From positions 866,064 to 930,063 of the forward strand of contig OY970074.1 in assembly GCA_963705365.1 (NCBI GenBank): DNA of 64,000 bases. Reading direction: 5' to 3'. A program made the translations under genes and the position numbers. Source of the stretch: an uncultured Solirubrobacterales bacterium (lineage in GTDB: Bacteria; Actinomycetota; Thermoleophilia; Solirubrobacterales; 70-9). Shown piece by piece: positions 34,598-45,086 of the stretch (its first letter is position 1; each line of letters starts with the position of its first letter). Below the pieces are notes generated by a model. It made no database searches and was not told where the DNA came from. It worked only from the letters and a program-made list of their open reading frames with translations.

Positions 34598-36493
34598 TCA
34601 GGCGTCTTCCCGAACGCCGCCCATCTCGCTGAAGACGGCGGTAACGCCACCGTCCTGCCGCCGCTCGTCGGCGATCACGTGCGAGACGGCATTGATCAGA
34701 GCGAGATGCGTGAAGGCCTGGGGGAAGTTGCCGAGGTGCCGGCCCGATTCCGCGTCCAGCTCCTCGGCGAACAGGTCGAGCGAGCCGGCCGCCTCCAGCA
34801 GGCGCTCGCAGAGCTTCCGTGCCCGCCGGCGCTCGCCGATCTCTGAGAGCGCCGAGACCAGCCAGAATGAGCAGATCAGAAAAGTGCCCTCCTTGCCGTG
34901 GAGCCCGTCGTCGGTCTCCTCGACCTTGTAGCGGCAGACCAGGCCATGCTCGGTGAGGTCGGCGGCGATCGCGTTGACGGTCGCGCTGACGCGCGGATCG
35001 TCTGGCGGCAGGAAGCGGAGCAACGGGATCAAGAGCAGCGAGGCGTCGAGCGCGTCGGTCTCGTAGTGCTGGCGGAAAATCCCGTGGCGGACACCGCGCT
35101 CGAGGATCTCTGCGCGGATCTCGTCCGCCTTTGCTTCCCATTCGGCGGCGACATCGTCGACGCCGAGGCTGCGGGCGAGGCGGGCACCGCGGTCCGCGGC
35201 GACCCAGATCATCAGCTTCGACGAGACGTAGTGCTGGGGGGCTCCGCGGGACTCCCAGATCCCCTGATCGGGATGCGGCCAGGCTTCGATTGCAGCCTCC
35301 ACCTGGTAGCGGATCAGCTGGCGATCGGCTGGGGTGCCCGTCCCCCGCAGCGCCTTCTCATGCAGGTAGATCGAGTCGAGCAGCGAGCCCCAGACGTCGT
35401 TCTGGCGCTGGTCGTAGGCGCCGTTGCCGATCCGCACCGGCTTGGCGCCGCCGTAGCCTCCGAGGTGGTCGAGGATTCTCTCCTCGAGCTCCTTCTCGTG
35501 GCCGATTCCGTACATGATCTGGAGATCGGGCTCGTCTTTGCAGACCGAGACGATGAAGCGCATGAAGTCGCGCGCCTCCTGGTCGAAGCCGAGCGTGTGC
35601 AGTGCCCAGAGGCTGAAGGTGGAGTCGCGGATCCAGCTGAAGCGGTAGTCCCAGTTGCGCTCGCCGCCGGGCGTCTCAGGCAGCGAGGTGGTCGGCGCCG
35701 CCACGATCGCTCCGGTCGGGGTGTAGGTGAGGCCCTTGAGAACGAGAGCGGAGCGCTGCAAGTGGATTCGCCACGGGTGGTCCGGGAAATCGCCGTCGCG
35801 CAGCCATTCGCGCCAGAACTCTTCGGTTGAGTCAAGCCGCTCGAGCGCCTCGGGGGCGCTGCGCGGACCGCCCAGCTCGTCATTGCCCCAGGTGACTGCG
35901 CAGAAGCCGGTCTCGTCCTCGCGCAGCTTCAGCGTGCCGCGCACGGTGCCGCCCTCGATCGAGAGATCCATGTCGCTGGTCAGGTGCAGCTCGGTCCCGT
36001 CGGCGGCACGGGCAACTGCCTCTCCCATCTCGCCACCGCTCCAGCTCGCCCCCTCGATTCCGTAGCCGAAGCGCGGCAGGCACTCCATCTCCAGCTCGAC
36101 CTCGCCATCGACGCAGGTGAACGTCCGCAGCAGGGAGCGGTCGGACTCGTGCTTGGTGTCCGGCCGGCTGCGCTTGCCGCCGGCACTGGCCCACTCGGCG
36201 ATCGTCAGCGCGTCGTGGACGACGACCCAGCCGGTGTCGGTCACCCAGGTCGTCTCGATCACGAGCGTCCCCGGTTTGTAGCGGCGGCCGATCGGCACCA
36301 CGACGCCGCGCGGCCGCAGCTGGAAATGCCCGGCGCCGCGGTCGAGCAGAGCTGCGAAGGCGCTGGGCGAGTCGAAGCGGGGGAAGCAGAGCCACTCGAC
36401 GCTGCCGTCATAGGAGAGCAGGGCGGCGGTGTGGCAATCGGAAAGAAAGCCGTAGCTGCCGATCGTCGGAAAGCGGTCGTCTGCGGCTCCCAT
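34598..36493 (-). CDS. glycoside hydrolase family 15 (glucoamylase/trehalase-like)
   Basis: ATG 36493 (MGAADDRFPTIGSYGFLSDCHTAAL) lies inside over-long track ORF 34598..37012. Also RNWDYRFSWIRDSTFSLWAL. Confidence 0.85.
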   Translation of the reverse strand: MGAADDRFPTIGSYGFLSDCHTAALLSYDGSVEWLCFPRFDSPSAFAALLDRGAGHFQLRPRGVVVPIGRRYKPGTLVIETTWVTDTGWVVVHDALTIAEWASAGGKRSRPDTKHESDRSLLRTFTCVDGEVELEMECLPRFGYGIEGASWSGGEMGEAVARAADGTELHLTSDMDLSIEGGTVRGTLKLREDETGFCAVTWGNDELGGPRSAPEALERLDSTEEFWREWLRDGDFPDHPWRIHLQRSALVLKGLTYTPTGAIVAAPTTSLPETPGGERNWDYRFSWIRDSTFSLWALHTLGFDQEARDFMRFIVSVCKDEPDLQIMYGIGHEKELEERILDHLGGYGGAKPVRIGNGAYDQRQNDVWGSLLDSIYLHEKALRGTGTPADRQLIRYQVEAAIEAWPHPDQGIWESRGAPQHYVSSKLMIWVAADRGARLARSLGVDDVAAEWEAKADEIRAEILERGVRHGIFRQHYETDALDASLLLIPLLRFLPPDDPRVSATVNAIAADLTEHGLVCRYKVEETDDGLHGKEGTFLICSFWLVSALSEIGERRRARKLCERLLEAAGSLDLFAEELDAESGRHLGNFPQAFTHLALINAVSHVIADERRQDGGVTAVFSEMGGVREDA

Positions 36494-36559
36494 TCTGCGC
36501 GCCCAAGCTAGCAGCGCCGACGGGGGCGAAGCGGCGATCGGCGCCGCTACGCTGGCTTC

Positions 36560-37471
36560 ATGACCCTGCCGTCCGCCCACGTGGGGAGCGCCTTCGCCCC
36601 GCTCGAGTTGCTGCCCCTGCTCGTCGTGGCCGCGCTCTACGCGAAGCGGGCGGCGACCCTGGCCCAGAAGGGAAGGCCGGTGCCGGTTTGGCGCCAACTC
36701 TGTTTCGCCGCCGGCGTGCTGGCGATCGTCGTGGCGCTGTTCTCGCCTGTCGGCCACATCTCCGAGGAGCTGGTGATCGCCCACATGGTCGAGCACCTGC
36801 TGCTCGGCGATGTGGCCACCCTGCTGCTGGTGCTGGGGCTGACCGGGCCGCTGCTGCAGCCGGTCTTGGCGATCCCGGTCTTCGACCGCCTGCGGATCCT
36901 CGCCCACCCGCTGGTTGCTTTGCCGCTGTGGGCGATCAACTTTTACGTCTGGCATATCCCCGCGCTCTACGAAGCCGCCTACGGCACGGCCTTGATGCAC
37001 GTGGTCGAGCACTCGACGTTCATCTTCTTCGGCTGCCTGATGTGGATGCCGGTGTTCGGGCCATTGCCAACCCCACAGTGGTTCACCGCGGCCTGGAAAG
37101 TGGGCTACGTGATCGCGGTCCGCTTCGCCGGGGCGATCCTCGGCAACGTGCTGATGTGGTCGGGCTCGGTGCTGTACCCGATCTACGCGCCAGGGCAGCG
37201 CTACTGGGGAATCTCGCCGCTGGCCGACCAGAGCACGGCCGGCGTGGTGATGATGGTTGAGGGCACCTTCCTTGGCCTTGGGTTGCTCGCCTGGGTCTTC
37301 TTCGAGGCCGCCCGCGAGGGGACCGAGAAGCAGCGGCTACTCGACCTCGCACACGAGCGCGGCGTCGAGCTCGACGACGAGCGGGCGCAGCGCGCTGTTG
37401 CGGCCGGCCATGGCGACCGCCTCGAGCAGCAGCTGATCGCGGCGGGGAGAGACCCTGAAACCGGCACCTGA
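36560..37471 (+). CDS. cytochrome c oxidase assembly factor CtaG (Caa3_CtaG family) membrane protein
   Basis: 303 aa, polytopic. HMVEHLLLGDVATLLLVLG and MHVVEHSTF are typical. Confidence 0.75.
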   Translation: MTLPSAHVGSAFAPLELLPLLVVAALYAKRAATLAQKGRPVPVWRQLCFAAGVLAIVVALFSPVGHISEELVIAHMVEHLLLGDVATLLLVLGLTGPLLQPVLAIPVFDRLRILAHPLVALPLWAINFYVWHIPALYEAAYGTALMHVVEHSTFIFFGCLMWMPVFGPLPTPQWFTAAWKVGYVIAVRFAGAILGNVLMWSGSVLYPIYAPGQRYWGISPLADQSTAGVVMMVEGTFLGLGLLAWVFFEAAREGTEKQRLLDLAHERGVELDDERAQRAVAAGHGDRLEQQLIAAGRDPETGT

Positions 37472-38951
37472 GCGGCTGCTGCTGCCGGCGCTGGTCTTCG
37501 TCGTCGGCGCCGCCAGCCTCGGGGTCGAGATCGCCGCGGCGCGCCTCCTGGCGCCCTACTTCGGCGCCTCCACCATCGTCTGGGCGAACACGATCGGCGT
37601 CGTCCTCGTCGCCCTCTCGGTCGGCTACTGGCTCGGCGGGCGCTATGCCGATCGTCATCCCCACCTGCGCGGCCTCTGCCTGCTCGTGCTCGCGGCGTCG
37701 CTGCTGATCGCGGTCGTCCCCTTTGCCGCGCGGCCCTTCCTCGGCTTCTCGGTCGACGCTTTCGACACCGTCTCGGTCGGCGGCTTCGCCGGCTCGCTGC
37801 TCGGCGTCCTGGTCCTGGTCGCCGTGCCGGTGACCCTGCTCGGGGCGGCGGCGCCTTGGGCGGTGCGTCTGGCGGTGGCGGACGTCGACCGCTCTGGCGA
37901 GGTCGTGGGGCGGCTCTACGCGATCTCGACCGCCGGCTCGCTGCTGGGGACGATGCTCTCCGCATTGGTCCTGATCCCGCTGCTGGGAACGCAGCGGACC
38001 TTCTTCGTTTTCGCGCTGGCCCTGGCTTTGGTCGCCTGCGCCGGCGTCGGCTGGCGCTTCACCCTCGTTCCCGCCGGCTTGGTGCTGGCGCTGGCGCTGC
38101 CGGTGGGAACGATCAAGGGCGCCGACACCGGGCGCGTCCTCTACGAGGCGGAGACCGTGCACCAGTACGCTCGCGTGGTCGAACGGGCCGACGGCAGCCG
38201 CGCCCTGGAGCTGAACGAGGGCCAGGCGGTCCACTCCCTCTGGCGCCCAGGCACCTACCTGACCGGCGACTACTGGGACGGGCACCTGGTCCTCTCCGCC
38301 GCCTCCCGCGCGAGGCCGCCGCAGCGGATCGCGATTCTCGGTAACGCCGGCGGCACGGTTGCCCGCGCCTTCGGGCATTTCTTTCCCCGCACCGCTGTTG
38401 ATGCGGTTGAGATTGACGGCGAGCTGACCGAGCTGGGCCGCCGCTTCCTTGGCCTGCGCAATCGGCGCATGCGTACCTTTGCCGAGGACGCCAGACCGTG
38501 GCTCGAGCGCTCGGGCGGCGGCTACGACGCGATCATGGTCGACGCCTACCGCCAGCCCTACATCCCCTTCTACCTGACCACGCGGGAGTTCTTCGAGCTG
38601 GCGCGCGAGCGGCTGGCGCCGGGCGGCCTTGCGATTGTCAACGTCGGCCATCCGGAGGGCAGCGACGAGTTGGAGCGCGTCCTCGGCCGCACCATGGCGG
38701 CGGCCTTCCCGCGGGTGCTGCGCTACCCGATCGAGTCGACCAACACCCTGCTGGTCGGTGGTGCCGACGACTTCTCAGCTGCGCGCCTGCGCCGCAGCAC
38801 CGGTGTCCTGCCGCCGGCCCTGCGGTCGCTCGCCCAGCAGGCCGCCGCGCAGCTGGCGCCGCGGCTGCCCGGCGGCGAGGTCTTCAGCGACGATCGCGCC
38901 CCGGTCGAGTGGCTGGTCGACAGCTCCCTGCTGGAATACGCCAATGAATGA
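37455..38951 (+). CDS. fused membrane / spermidine-synthase-like methyltransferase-fold protein (apparent CTG start)
   Basis: The frame of track ORF 37686..38951 is open from 37437. The conserved TM region LLLPALVFVVGAASLGVEIAAARLLAPYFGAST...GYWLGGRYADR lies upstream of the first ATG/GTG/TTG, and only CTG codons (37455, 37476-37484) are available. The C-terminal part has VDAYRQPYIPFYLTTREFF. Confidence 0.7.
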   Translation: MKPAPERLLLPALVFVVGAASLGVEIAAARLLAPYFGASTIVWANTIGVVLVALSVGYWLGGRYADRHPHLRGLCLLVLAASLLIAVVPFAARPFLGFSVDAFDTVSVGGFAGSLLGVLVLVAVPVTLLGAAAPWAVRLAVADVDRSGEVVGRLYAISTAGSLLGTMLSALVLIPLLGTQRTFFVFALALALVACAGVGWRFTLVPAGLVLALALPVGTIKGADTGRVLYEAETVHQYARVVERADGSRALELNEGQAVHSLWRPGTYLTGDYWDGHLVLSAASRARPPQRIAILGNAGGTVARAFGHFFPRTAVDAVEIDGELTELGRRFLGLRNRRMRTFAEDARPWLERSGGGYDAIMVDAYRQPYIPFYLTTREFFELARERLAPGGLAIVNVGHPEGSDELERVLGRTMAAAFPRVLRYPIESTNTLLVGGADDFSAARLRRSTGVLPPALRSLAQQAAAQLAPRLPGGEVFSDDRAPVEWLVDSSLLEYANE

Positions 38952-39078
38952 CTTCTCCGGCGTTGCTTGGATCGACCGCGGAAGGGCCTGGCTGGTGACC
39001 GGCCCGGTCGGAAGGGGCCTCGCCTTCACGATCGACTTCGCGGCGGCCCTGCGCAGCTTCCTCGCCGGCCGCCGTGCC

Positions 39079-39124
39079 CGCTGAGGACTTTGACCTCGCC
39101 AGGGCGGGGTCAAAGTCCTCAGCG
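39079..39124. other. 17-bp perfect hairpin upstream of tig
   Basis: cgctgaggactttgacc (39079-39095), 12-nt loop, ggtcaaagtcctcagcg (39108-39124). Confidence 0.7.
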
Positions 39125-39161
39125 GCGCCCCGGCTCGCCGATCATCTAGGGTCGTCGGCCG

Positions 39162-40544
39162 ATGCAGACCTCTGTCAAAGAGCTGCCCGACTCGCGCGTC
39201 AGCGTCGAGGTCGAGGTTCCCGCCAAGGACGTCGAGCGCGCCACCTCGCGCGCCGCCCGGGCAATGGCAAAGGAGATGCGGATGCCCGGTTTTCGTCAGG
39301 GCAAGGCGCCGCCCTCGCTGGTGATCCAGCGGCTCGGCTTTGGGTCGGTGCTGCAGGAGGCGATCCGCGAGGCGCTGCCCGAGTGGTACGAAAGCGCTTT
39401 GCTCGACAGCGGCGTCTCGCCAATCGGCGATCCCAGCATCGAGATGGTTGCCACTCCCGAGGAAGAGGGCGAGCCGCTGGAGTTCAAGTTCGAGGTCGGC
39501 GTACGGCCCCCGGCGAAGCTGGGCGAGTACAAGGGCCTCGAGGTCGGCCGCAAGGAGAACGAGGTTCCCGACGACGTCGTCGATCGTGAGATCGAGCGGG
39601 TCCGGGAAAGCTTCGCCCGCCTGGAGCCGGTCGAACGCGCCGCGACGGATGGCGACTCGCTGCTGATCGACTTCGAGGGACTTATCGATGGCACCGCGTT
39701 CGAGGGCGGCAAGGCCGAGGACTACCTGCTCGAGCTCGGCTCGGGGCAGCTCATAGAGGGCTTCGAGGAGCAGCTTGCGGGTGCCGAGGCGGGGGACGAG
39801 CGGGAGGTGAAGGTGACCTTTCCGGCCGAATATCAGGCCGAGCACCTCGCTGGCAAAGATGCTGTCTTCAAAGTCAAGGTCAAAGAGGTGCGGGAGAAGA
39901 TCCTGCCCGAGCTCGACGACGACTTCGCCTCCGATGCGTCTGAGTTCGAGACCCTTGACGAGCTGCGCGCCGATATCCGCGAGAAAGTCGGAGAGGCACT
40001 GGCGGGCAGGGCCGAGGAAGACTTTCGCATCGCCGCCATCGACGCCGCAGTCGCCGTGGCGACGGTCGATGTGCCGGCGAGCCTGGTCACCGCCCGCGCG
40101 AGCGAACGCTGGGAGCGGATGGAACGGCAGCTGGCTCAGCGCGGGATGGATCCCAACACCTTCTTGCAGATGCAGGGCAAAACGCGTGAGGAACTGATTG
40201 AGGAATCGAAGCCCGACGCCGAGCGGGAGCTGAAACGCGAGGCGGTCGTCACCGCGATCGCCGCAGCGGAGGAGATCGAGGTCTCCGACGAGGAGCTGGT
40301 CGAGGCGCTCGAGCACAGCGCTCAGCACGAACGGACGACGCCGCAGAAGCTGCTCGAGCGGCTGCGCGAGAACGGTCGCGACTCGATGGTCGTCGAAGAC
40401 ATCAGGGCGCGCAAGGCGATCGAGCTGGTGGCGGAGTCGGCGGTGCCGATCCCGGTCGAGCAGGCGGAGGCGCGTGAGCAGATTTGGACGCCGGAGAAAG
40501 AGCGGGAGAAAGCCGGGGGGCTCTGGACGCCTGACTCCGAGTAG
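39162..40544 (+). CDS. tig: trigger factor
   Basis: 460 aa with FRQGKAP and an internal FKBP-type PPIase domain. Confidence 0.93.
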   Translation: MQTSVKELPDSRVSVEVEVPAKDVERATSRAARAMAKEMRMPGFRQGKAPPSLVIQRLGFGSVLQEAIREALPEWYESALLDSGVSPIGDPSIEMVATPEEEGEPLEFKFEVGVRPPAKLGEYKGLEVGRKENEVPDDVVDREIERVRESFARLEPVERAATDGDSLLIDFEGLIDGTAFEGGKAEDYLLELGSGQLIEGFEEQLAGAEAGDEREVKVTFPAEYQAEHLAGKDAVFKVKVKEVREKILPELDDDFASDASEFETLDELRADIREKVGEALAGRAEEDFRIAAIDAAVAVATVDVPASLVTARASERWERMERQLAQRGMDPNTFLQMQGKTREELIEESKPDAERELKREAVVTAIAAAEEIEVSDEELVEALEHSAQHERTTPQKLLERLRENGRDSMVVEDIRARKAIELVAESAVPIPVEQAEAREQIWTPEKEREKAGGLWTPDSE

Positions 40545-40555
40545 CGCGGGGCGGG

Positions 40556-40707
40556 GGAGGGGTGTCGGTAGTGCCCCGCGGGAATTGGGTCGCGCGCCCT
40601 GCGGGCGCGGCTCCGGATGATTGTGCGCCCCTCTGGGGCGCAGATGACAGATTGCATGTCGCGCCCCTTCGGGGCACATTCCCGCGGGGCACTACCGACA
40701 CCCCTCC
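40556..40707 (+). repeat. family-1 nested-hairpin element, copy B
   Basis: The perfect 30-bp outer stem pairs 40556-40585 with 40678-40707. The core 40586-40677 aligns with copies A and C. Confidence 0.9.
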
Positions 40708-40822
40708 ACGCACGAGCTCCAAGCAGGCGCCCGGCTCCCGGCAGCTTTTGCGAAAGCTGACGATCCTCGGCCGCTCCGACAGGCAGAAAGCTTCCACCCT
40801 GAGCTGTCCCAGGCTGCGTGTT

Positions 40823-40975
40823 GGAGGAGGGGTCTGGCCATCCCCCGGGCGAATGTCGCCGCAGGCGGCGAAATGCAATCTCATTATCTGCCCGCCATAG
40901 GCGGGCACCATCATCCGGAGCCGCACCCGAAGGGTGCGCGACAAATTCGCGCGCGGGGGTGCCGGCATCCCTCCC
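40823..40975 (-). repeat. family-1 nested-hairpin element, copy C (inverted relative to B)
   Basis: The reverse complement of 40855-40944 aligns with the A and B cores. The outer stem is imperfect (40842-40854 with 40945-40959, plus degenerate extension). Confidence 0.85.
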
Positions 40976-41020
40976 TCACTGCGCTCAGCCACGCTGGACG
41001 CCTTCTATAGAGTGCGATCC

Positions 41021-41605
41021 ATGAGCCCTCTGGTCCCAATGGTGGTCGAGCAGACGTCGCGCGGGGAGCGGGCGTTTGACATTTATTCGCGCCTGCTGGG
41101 CGAGCGCATCATCTTTCTGGGGACGCCGGTGACCGAGGACATCGCGAATCTGATCGTGGCCCAGCTCCTGCATCTGGAGTCGGAGGATCCGGACAAGGAC
41201 GTCAGCCTCTACATCAACTCGCCCGGCGGTTCTGTCTACGCCGGGCTGGCGATCTACGACACGATGCAGTTCATCAAGCCCGACGTCCAGACGATCTGCG
41301 TCGGCGTCGCGATGAGCATGGGGGCGCTGCTGCTCAGCGGCGGCGCGGCCGGCAAGCGGATGGCCCTGCCGAACTCAAAGATCCTCATTCACCAGGTCTC
41401 CGCGGGGTTCCAGGGCCAGGCCACCGACATCGAGATCCACGCCAGAGAGATCATCGACGTCCGTCGCCGGCTCGACGAGATCATCGCCAAGCACACCGGC
41501 CAGTCGTTCGAGAAGGTCACTCAGGACACCGAACGCGACTACTTCATGAGCGCTGCGGAGGCGAAGGAGTACAGCATCGTCGACCGCGTCATCGAGCACC
41601 ACTGA
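41021..41605 (+). CDS. clpP: ATP-dependent Clp protease proteolytic subunit
   Basis: ATG 41021 ([26 protein letters not shown]). The upstream part of track ORF 40934..41605 runs through repeat C. The catalytic Ser context is GVAMSMGA. Confidence 0.93.
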   Translation: MSPLVPMVVEQTSRGERAFDIYSRLLGERIIFLGTPVTEDIANLIVAQLLHLESEDPDKDVSLYINSPGGSVYAGLAIYDTMQFIKPDVQTICVGVAMSMGALLLSGGAAGKRMALPNSKILIHQVSAGFQGQATDIEIHAREIIDVRRRLDEIIAKHTGQSFEKVTQDTERDYFMSAAEAKEYSIVDRVIEHH

Positions 41606-42117
41606 AGCGCCCCGTCCTTCTCGCCGTTTTCGTCTTCCTGGTCCTGGCCGCGCCGGCCACGGCCCGCACAGGCAGTCACGACGGTGGCATGCCGTATTTC
41701 GGCCACGTCTTCCCGGTCCAAGGCTCGCACGGAGTCCGCGGCGCCATCGGCGAGTTTGGCGCCCCACGTAACGGTGGACGGACCCACGAAGGCTTCGACA
41801 TCGTCGCTGCCTGCGGGGCTGAACTGGTCGCGATCAGCAACGGCCGCGTCCTGCGCCGCGGCTACGACCCCATCCTGTACGGCAACTATCTGCTTATTCA
41901 TGGCGAAGGGGAGCGCCGCAGCTATTTCTATGCGCACCTGCCGGGTCTTGCCGCGGTGAGCCCCGGTGAGCGGGTGTGGGAGGGGGAGCGGGTCGGTGCC
42001 GTTGGCGAAACCGGCAACGCGGTGGGGACCGGCTGTCACCTTCACTTTGAGATCCACGTCCGCGGCGTCCCGGTCGACCCCGCGCCTTACCTGCACCGCT
42101 GGGACCGCTACAGCTGA
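41602..42117 (+). CDS. secreted M23 family metallopeptidase (apparent CTG start)
   Basis: Track ORF 41689..42117 has HEGFDI and GCHLHFEI. The same frame upstream encodes a signal peptide, (L/M)[20 protein letters not shown], starting at CTG 41602, which overlaps the clpP stop. Confidence 0.75.
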   Translation: MKRPVLLAVFVFLVLAAPATARTGSHDGGMPYFGHVFPVQGSHGVRGAIGEFGAPRNGGRTHEGFDIVAACGAELVAISNGRVLRRGYDPILYGNYLLIHGEGERRSYFYAHLPGLAAVSPGERVWEGERVGAVGETGNAVGTGCHLHFEIHVRGVPVDPAPYLHRWDRYS

Positions 42118-42168
42118 CCAAGTTCGAAGCATTTGTGGGCCTATGGACCCCAAAATGCTTCACGTTCG

Positions 42169-42642
42169 CTAGGCCCGCTCGTCCTCCAGCACGCGTTCGA
42201 ACCAGAGGTTGGCCTTGGGATTGCCGTTGTAGTCGGCGACCTCGCGGTAGCCGGCGGCTCGGTAGAGGCTGATCGCGTCGGTCAGGTAGTCAGACGTGTC
42301 GAGGCGGACGGCTCGGCAACCGTGCCGGCGAGCAATTTGCTCGAGCTCGGCGAGCAGTGCCCGTGCGATGCCCTTGCCGCGGCAAGCGGGCAGCAGGTAC
42401 ATGGTCTTGATCTCCGCCACCTCGGTGTCGAGGTGGCGGATTCCCCCAAGGCCGGCTGGCTCGCCGTCGACCCGGATCAGGAGCAGGACACCGGCGGGCG
42501 GGGTCAAATCCCGCGGCGGGCCAGCCTCGATCTCTGCCTCCAGGTCGATGCCCAGCGGCCCGTCGCTCTCGCGGATGAAGTCCGCGTAGAGGGCCAGGAC
42601 CTCGGGAGCCTCGGGAGTCGCCATTTCGAACTTGGTGCTCAT
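42169..42642 (-). CDS. GNAT family N-acetyltransferase
   Basis: ATG 42642 lies within track ORF 42169..42747. The acetyl-CoA site is CRGKGIARALLAELE. Confidence 0.8.
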   Translation of the reverse strand: MSTKFEMATPEAPEVLALYADFIRESDGPLGIDLEAEIEAGPPRDLTPPAGVLLLIRVDGEPAGLGGIRHLDTEVAEIKTMYLLPACRGKGIARALLAELEQIARRHGCRAVRLDTSDYLTDAISLYRAAGYREVADYNGNPKANLWFERVLEDERA

Positions 42643-42722
42643 TACTAGCCCGACGCTAACCGGTTTGAAAGTTGGCTCCAACAGCGCGCATCCGGTGCGT
42701 CGGGCTCTGGCAGAATCGTCGC

Positions 42723-43178
42723 ATGAGGCGAAGGCTGTTGTCCGCACGACTCGAGCGCCACATTGAGCGGGGCGAGCATTTGATGGAGCTCAATCGTGCC
42801 GCGTTCGATCGCAACGCCGAAGCGTTCGCCCGCAACGCCGAAGCGTTCGATCGCAACGCTGCCGCGTTCGATCGCAACACCGATGCATTCGAGCAGATGA
42901 CGTCGGCCTTCGACCGCTTCGAAGAGAGATGGGACCAGCGCGAGGAGCGTTTCAACGAGAGGCTCGACGAAAACGCGCAGTTCATGCGGGAGATGAACCT
43001 TCGGGCCGAGAAGGTCGTGCAGGAAATGGTCCGCCGAAACGAGGAAGTGCACGCCCGAGCCGAGCGGCAGACCAGTGCCATTGTCGCTGAGGTGAAGGAA
43101 TTTCGCGAAGAATCCAAGGCCCATCGCGATGCGTTGCTGGCGCTGATCGACCGGCTGCCGCCGGCCGCGGCGGCTTGA
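42723..43178 (+). CDS. hypothetical coiled-coil protein with heptad AFDRNAE repeats
   Basis: ATG 42723 lies within track ORF 42672..43178. Strongly helical, charged sequence. Confidence 0.5.
   Translation: MRRRLLSARLERHIERGEHLMELNRAAFDRNAEAFARNAEAFDRNAAAFDRNTDAFEQMTSAFDRFEERWDQREERFNERLDENAQFMREMNLRAEKVVQEMVRRNEEVHARAERQTSAIVAEVKEFREESKAHRDALLALIDRLPPAAAA
42801..42905 (+). repeat. in-frame 21-bp tandem repeat (about 5 units)
   Basis: The units are gcgttcgatcgcaacgccgaa, gcgttcgcccgcaacgccgaa, gcgttcgatcgcaacgctgcc, gcgttcgatcgcaacaccgat and a degenerate fifth. They encode AFDRNAE-type heptads. Confidence 0.85.
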
Positions 43179-43184
43179 CCGGCT

Positions 43185-43640
43185 CTAGGCCTTCATCTCG
43201 TACTGGACCCATTCCGAGCGCTCGGCGCCGGTGCTGTCGTAGAGCCGCTGGGCAGTGACGTTGCTCGGCGCGGTGGCCCACTCGAGGGAGGCGGCGCCGC
43301 GTTCGCGGGCAACCTCGGCGCTGGCCTCGATCAGCGCGCGGCCGACACCGCGTCCGCGGGCCGGCTCGGCGACGAAGAGGTCGTTCATCAGCACCGTCTC
43401 CATAGCGCTGAGCGAGGAGAAGTGCCAGTAGAGGCAGGCGTAGCCGGCGAACCCGCTGCCCGCCCGGGCGCCCAGCAGCATCCCGTCCTCGCTGGGGGCG
43501 AGGAAGCGGCGGAAGAAGGTGCGGTTGCGCTCCTCGTCGATCTCCTCGACTTCGTAGAAGCGCTGGTAGTCGGCGATCAGCGGCAGCAGTCGCTCGAACT
43601 CAGCGGCTTTGACCGGGGAGATATCGAGATCCTCGGGCAC
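43185..43640 (-). CDS. GNAT family N-acetyltransferase
   Basis: 151 aa with ARGRGVGRALIEA. Confidence 0.82.
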   Translation of the reverse strand: MPEDLDISPVKAAEFERLLPLIADYQRFYEVEEIDEERNRTFFRRFLAPSEDGMLLGARAGSGFAGYACLYWHFSSLSAMETVLMNDLFVAEPARGRGVGRALIEASAEVARERGAASLEWATAPSNVTAQRLYDSTGAERSEWVQYEMKA

Positions 43641-43788
43641 CGCTTCACCGTAGCGGGACCGCGCAAGGCCCGGGTCACGAGCAGGGACCGCGCCGCCGGT
43701 GCCGTAAACGCCCCTCGTACCGGCTTGTGCGCCCCTCTAAGCTGTGGGTGCTGCCGGAGTCAAATCGTCCCGTTAGGAGGGGATTCCG

Positions 43789-45075
<1,287 letters not shown>

Positions 45076-45086
45076 GGGAGGCAGTA

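Noticed and set aside
34598-37012. 804-aa version of the GH15 ORF
   Set aside because: The GH15 homology begins at MGAADDRFPTIGSYGF (ATG 36493). The upstream 170 codons are Arg/Gln/His-rich, lie antisense to ctaG, and are not conserved-looking.
38944-39084. 46-codon ORF overlapping the stop of the spermidine-synthase-like gene (MNDFSGVAWIDRGRAWLV...)
   Set aside because: It has no recognisable features, its end runs into the 39079-39124 hairpin, and evidence for a CDS call is insufficient.
42801-42905. Possible CRISPR-like array
   Set aside because: The units are contiguous 21-bp repeats without spacers. They are in frame within a coding region and encode heptads.
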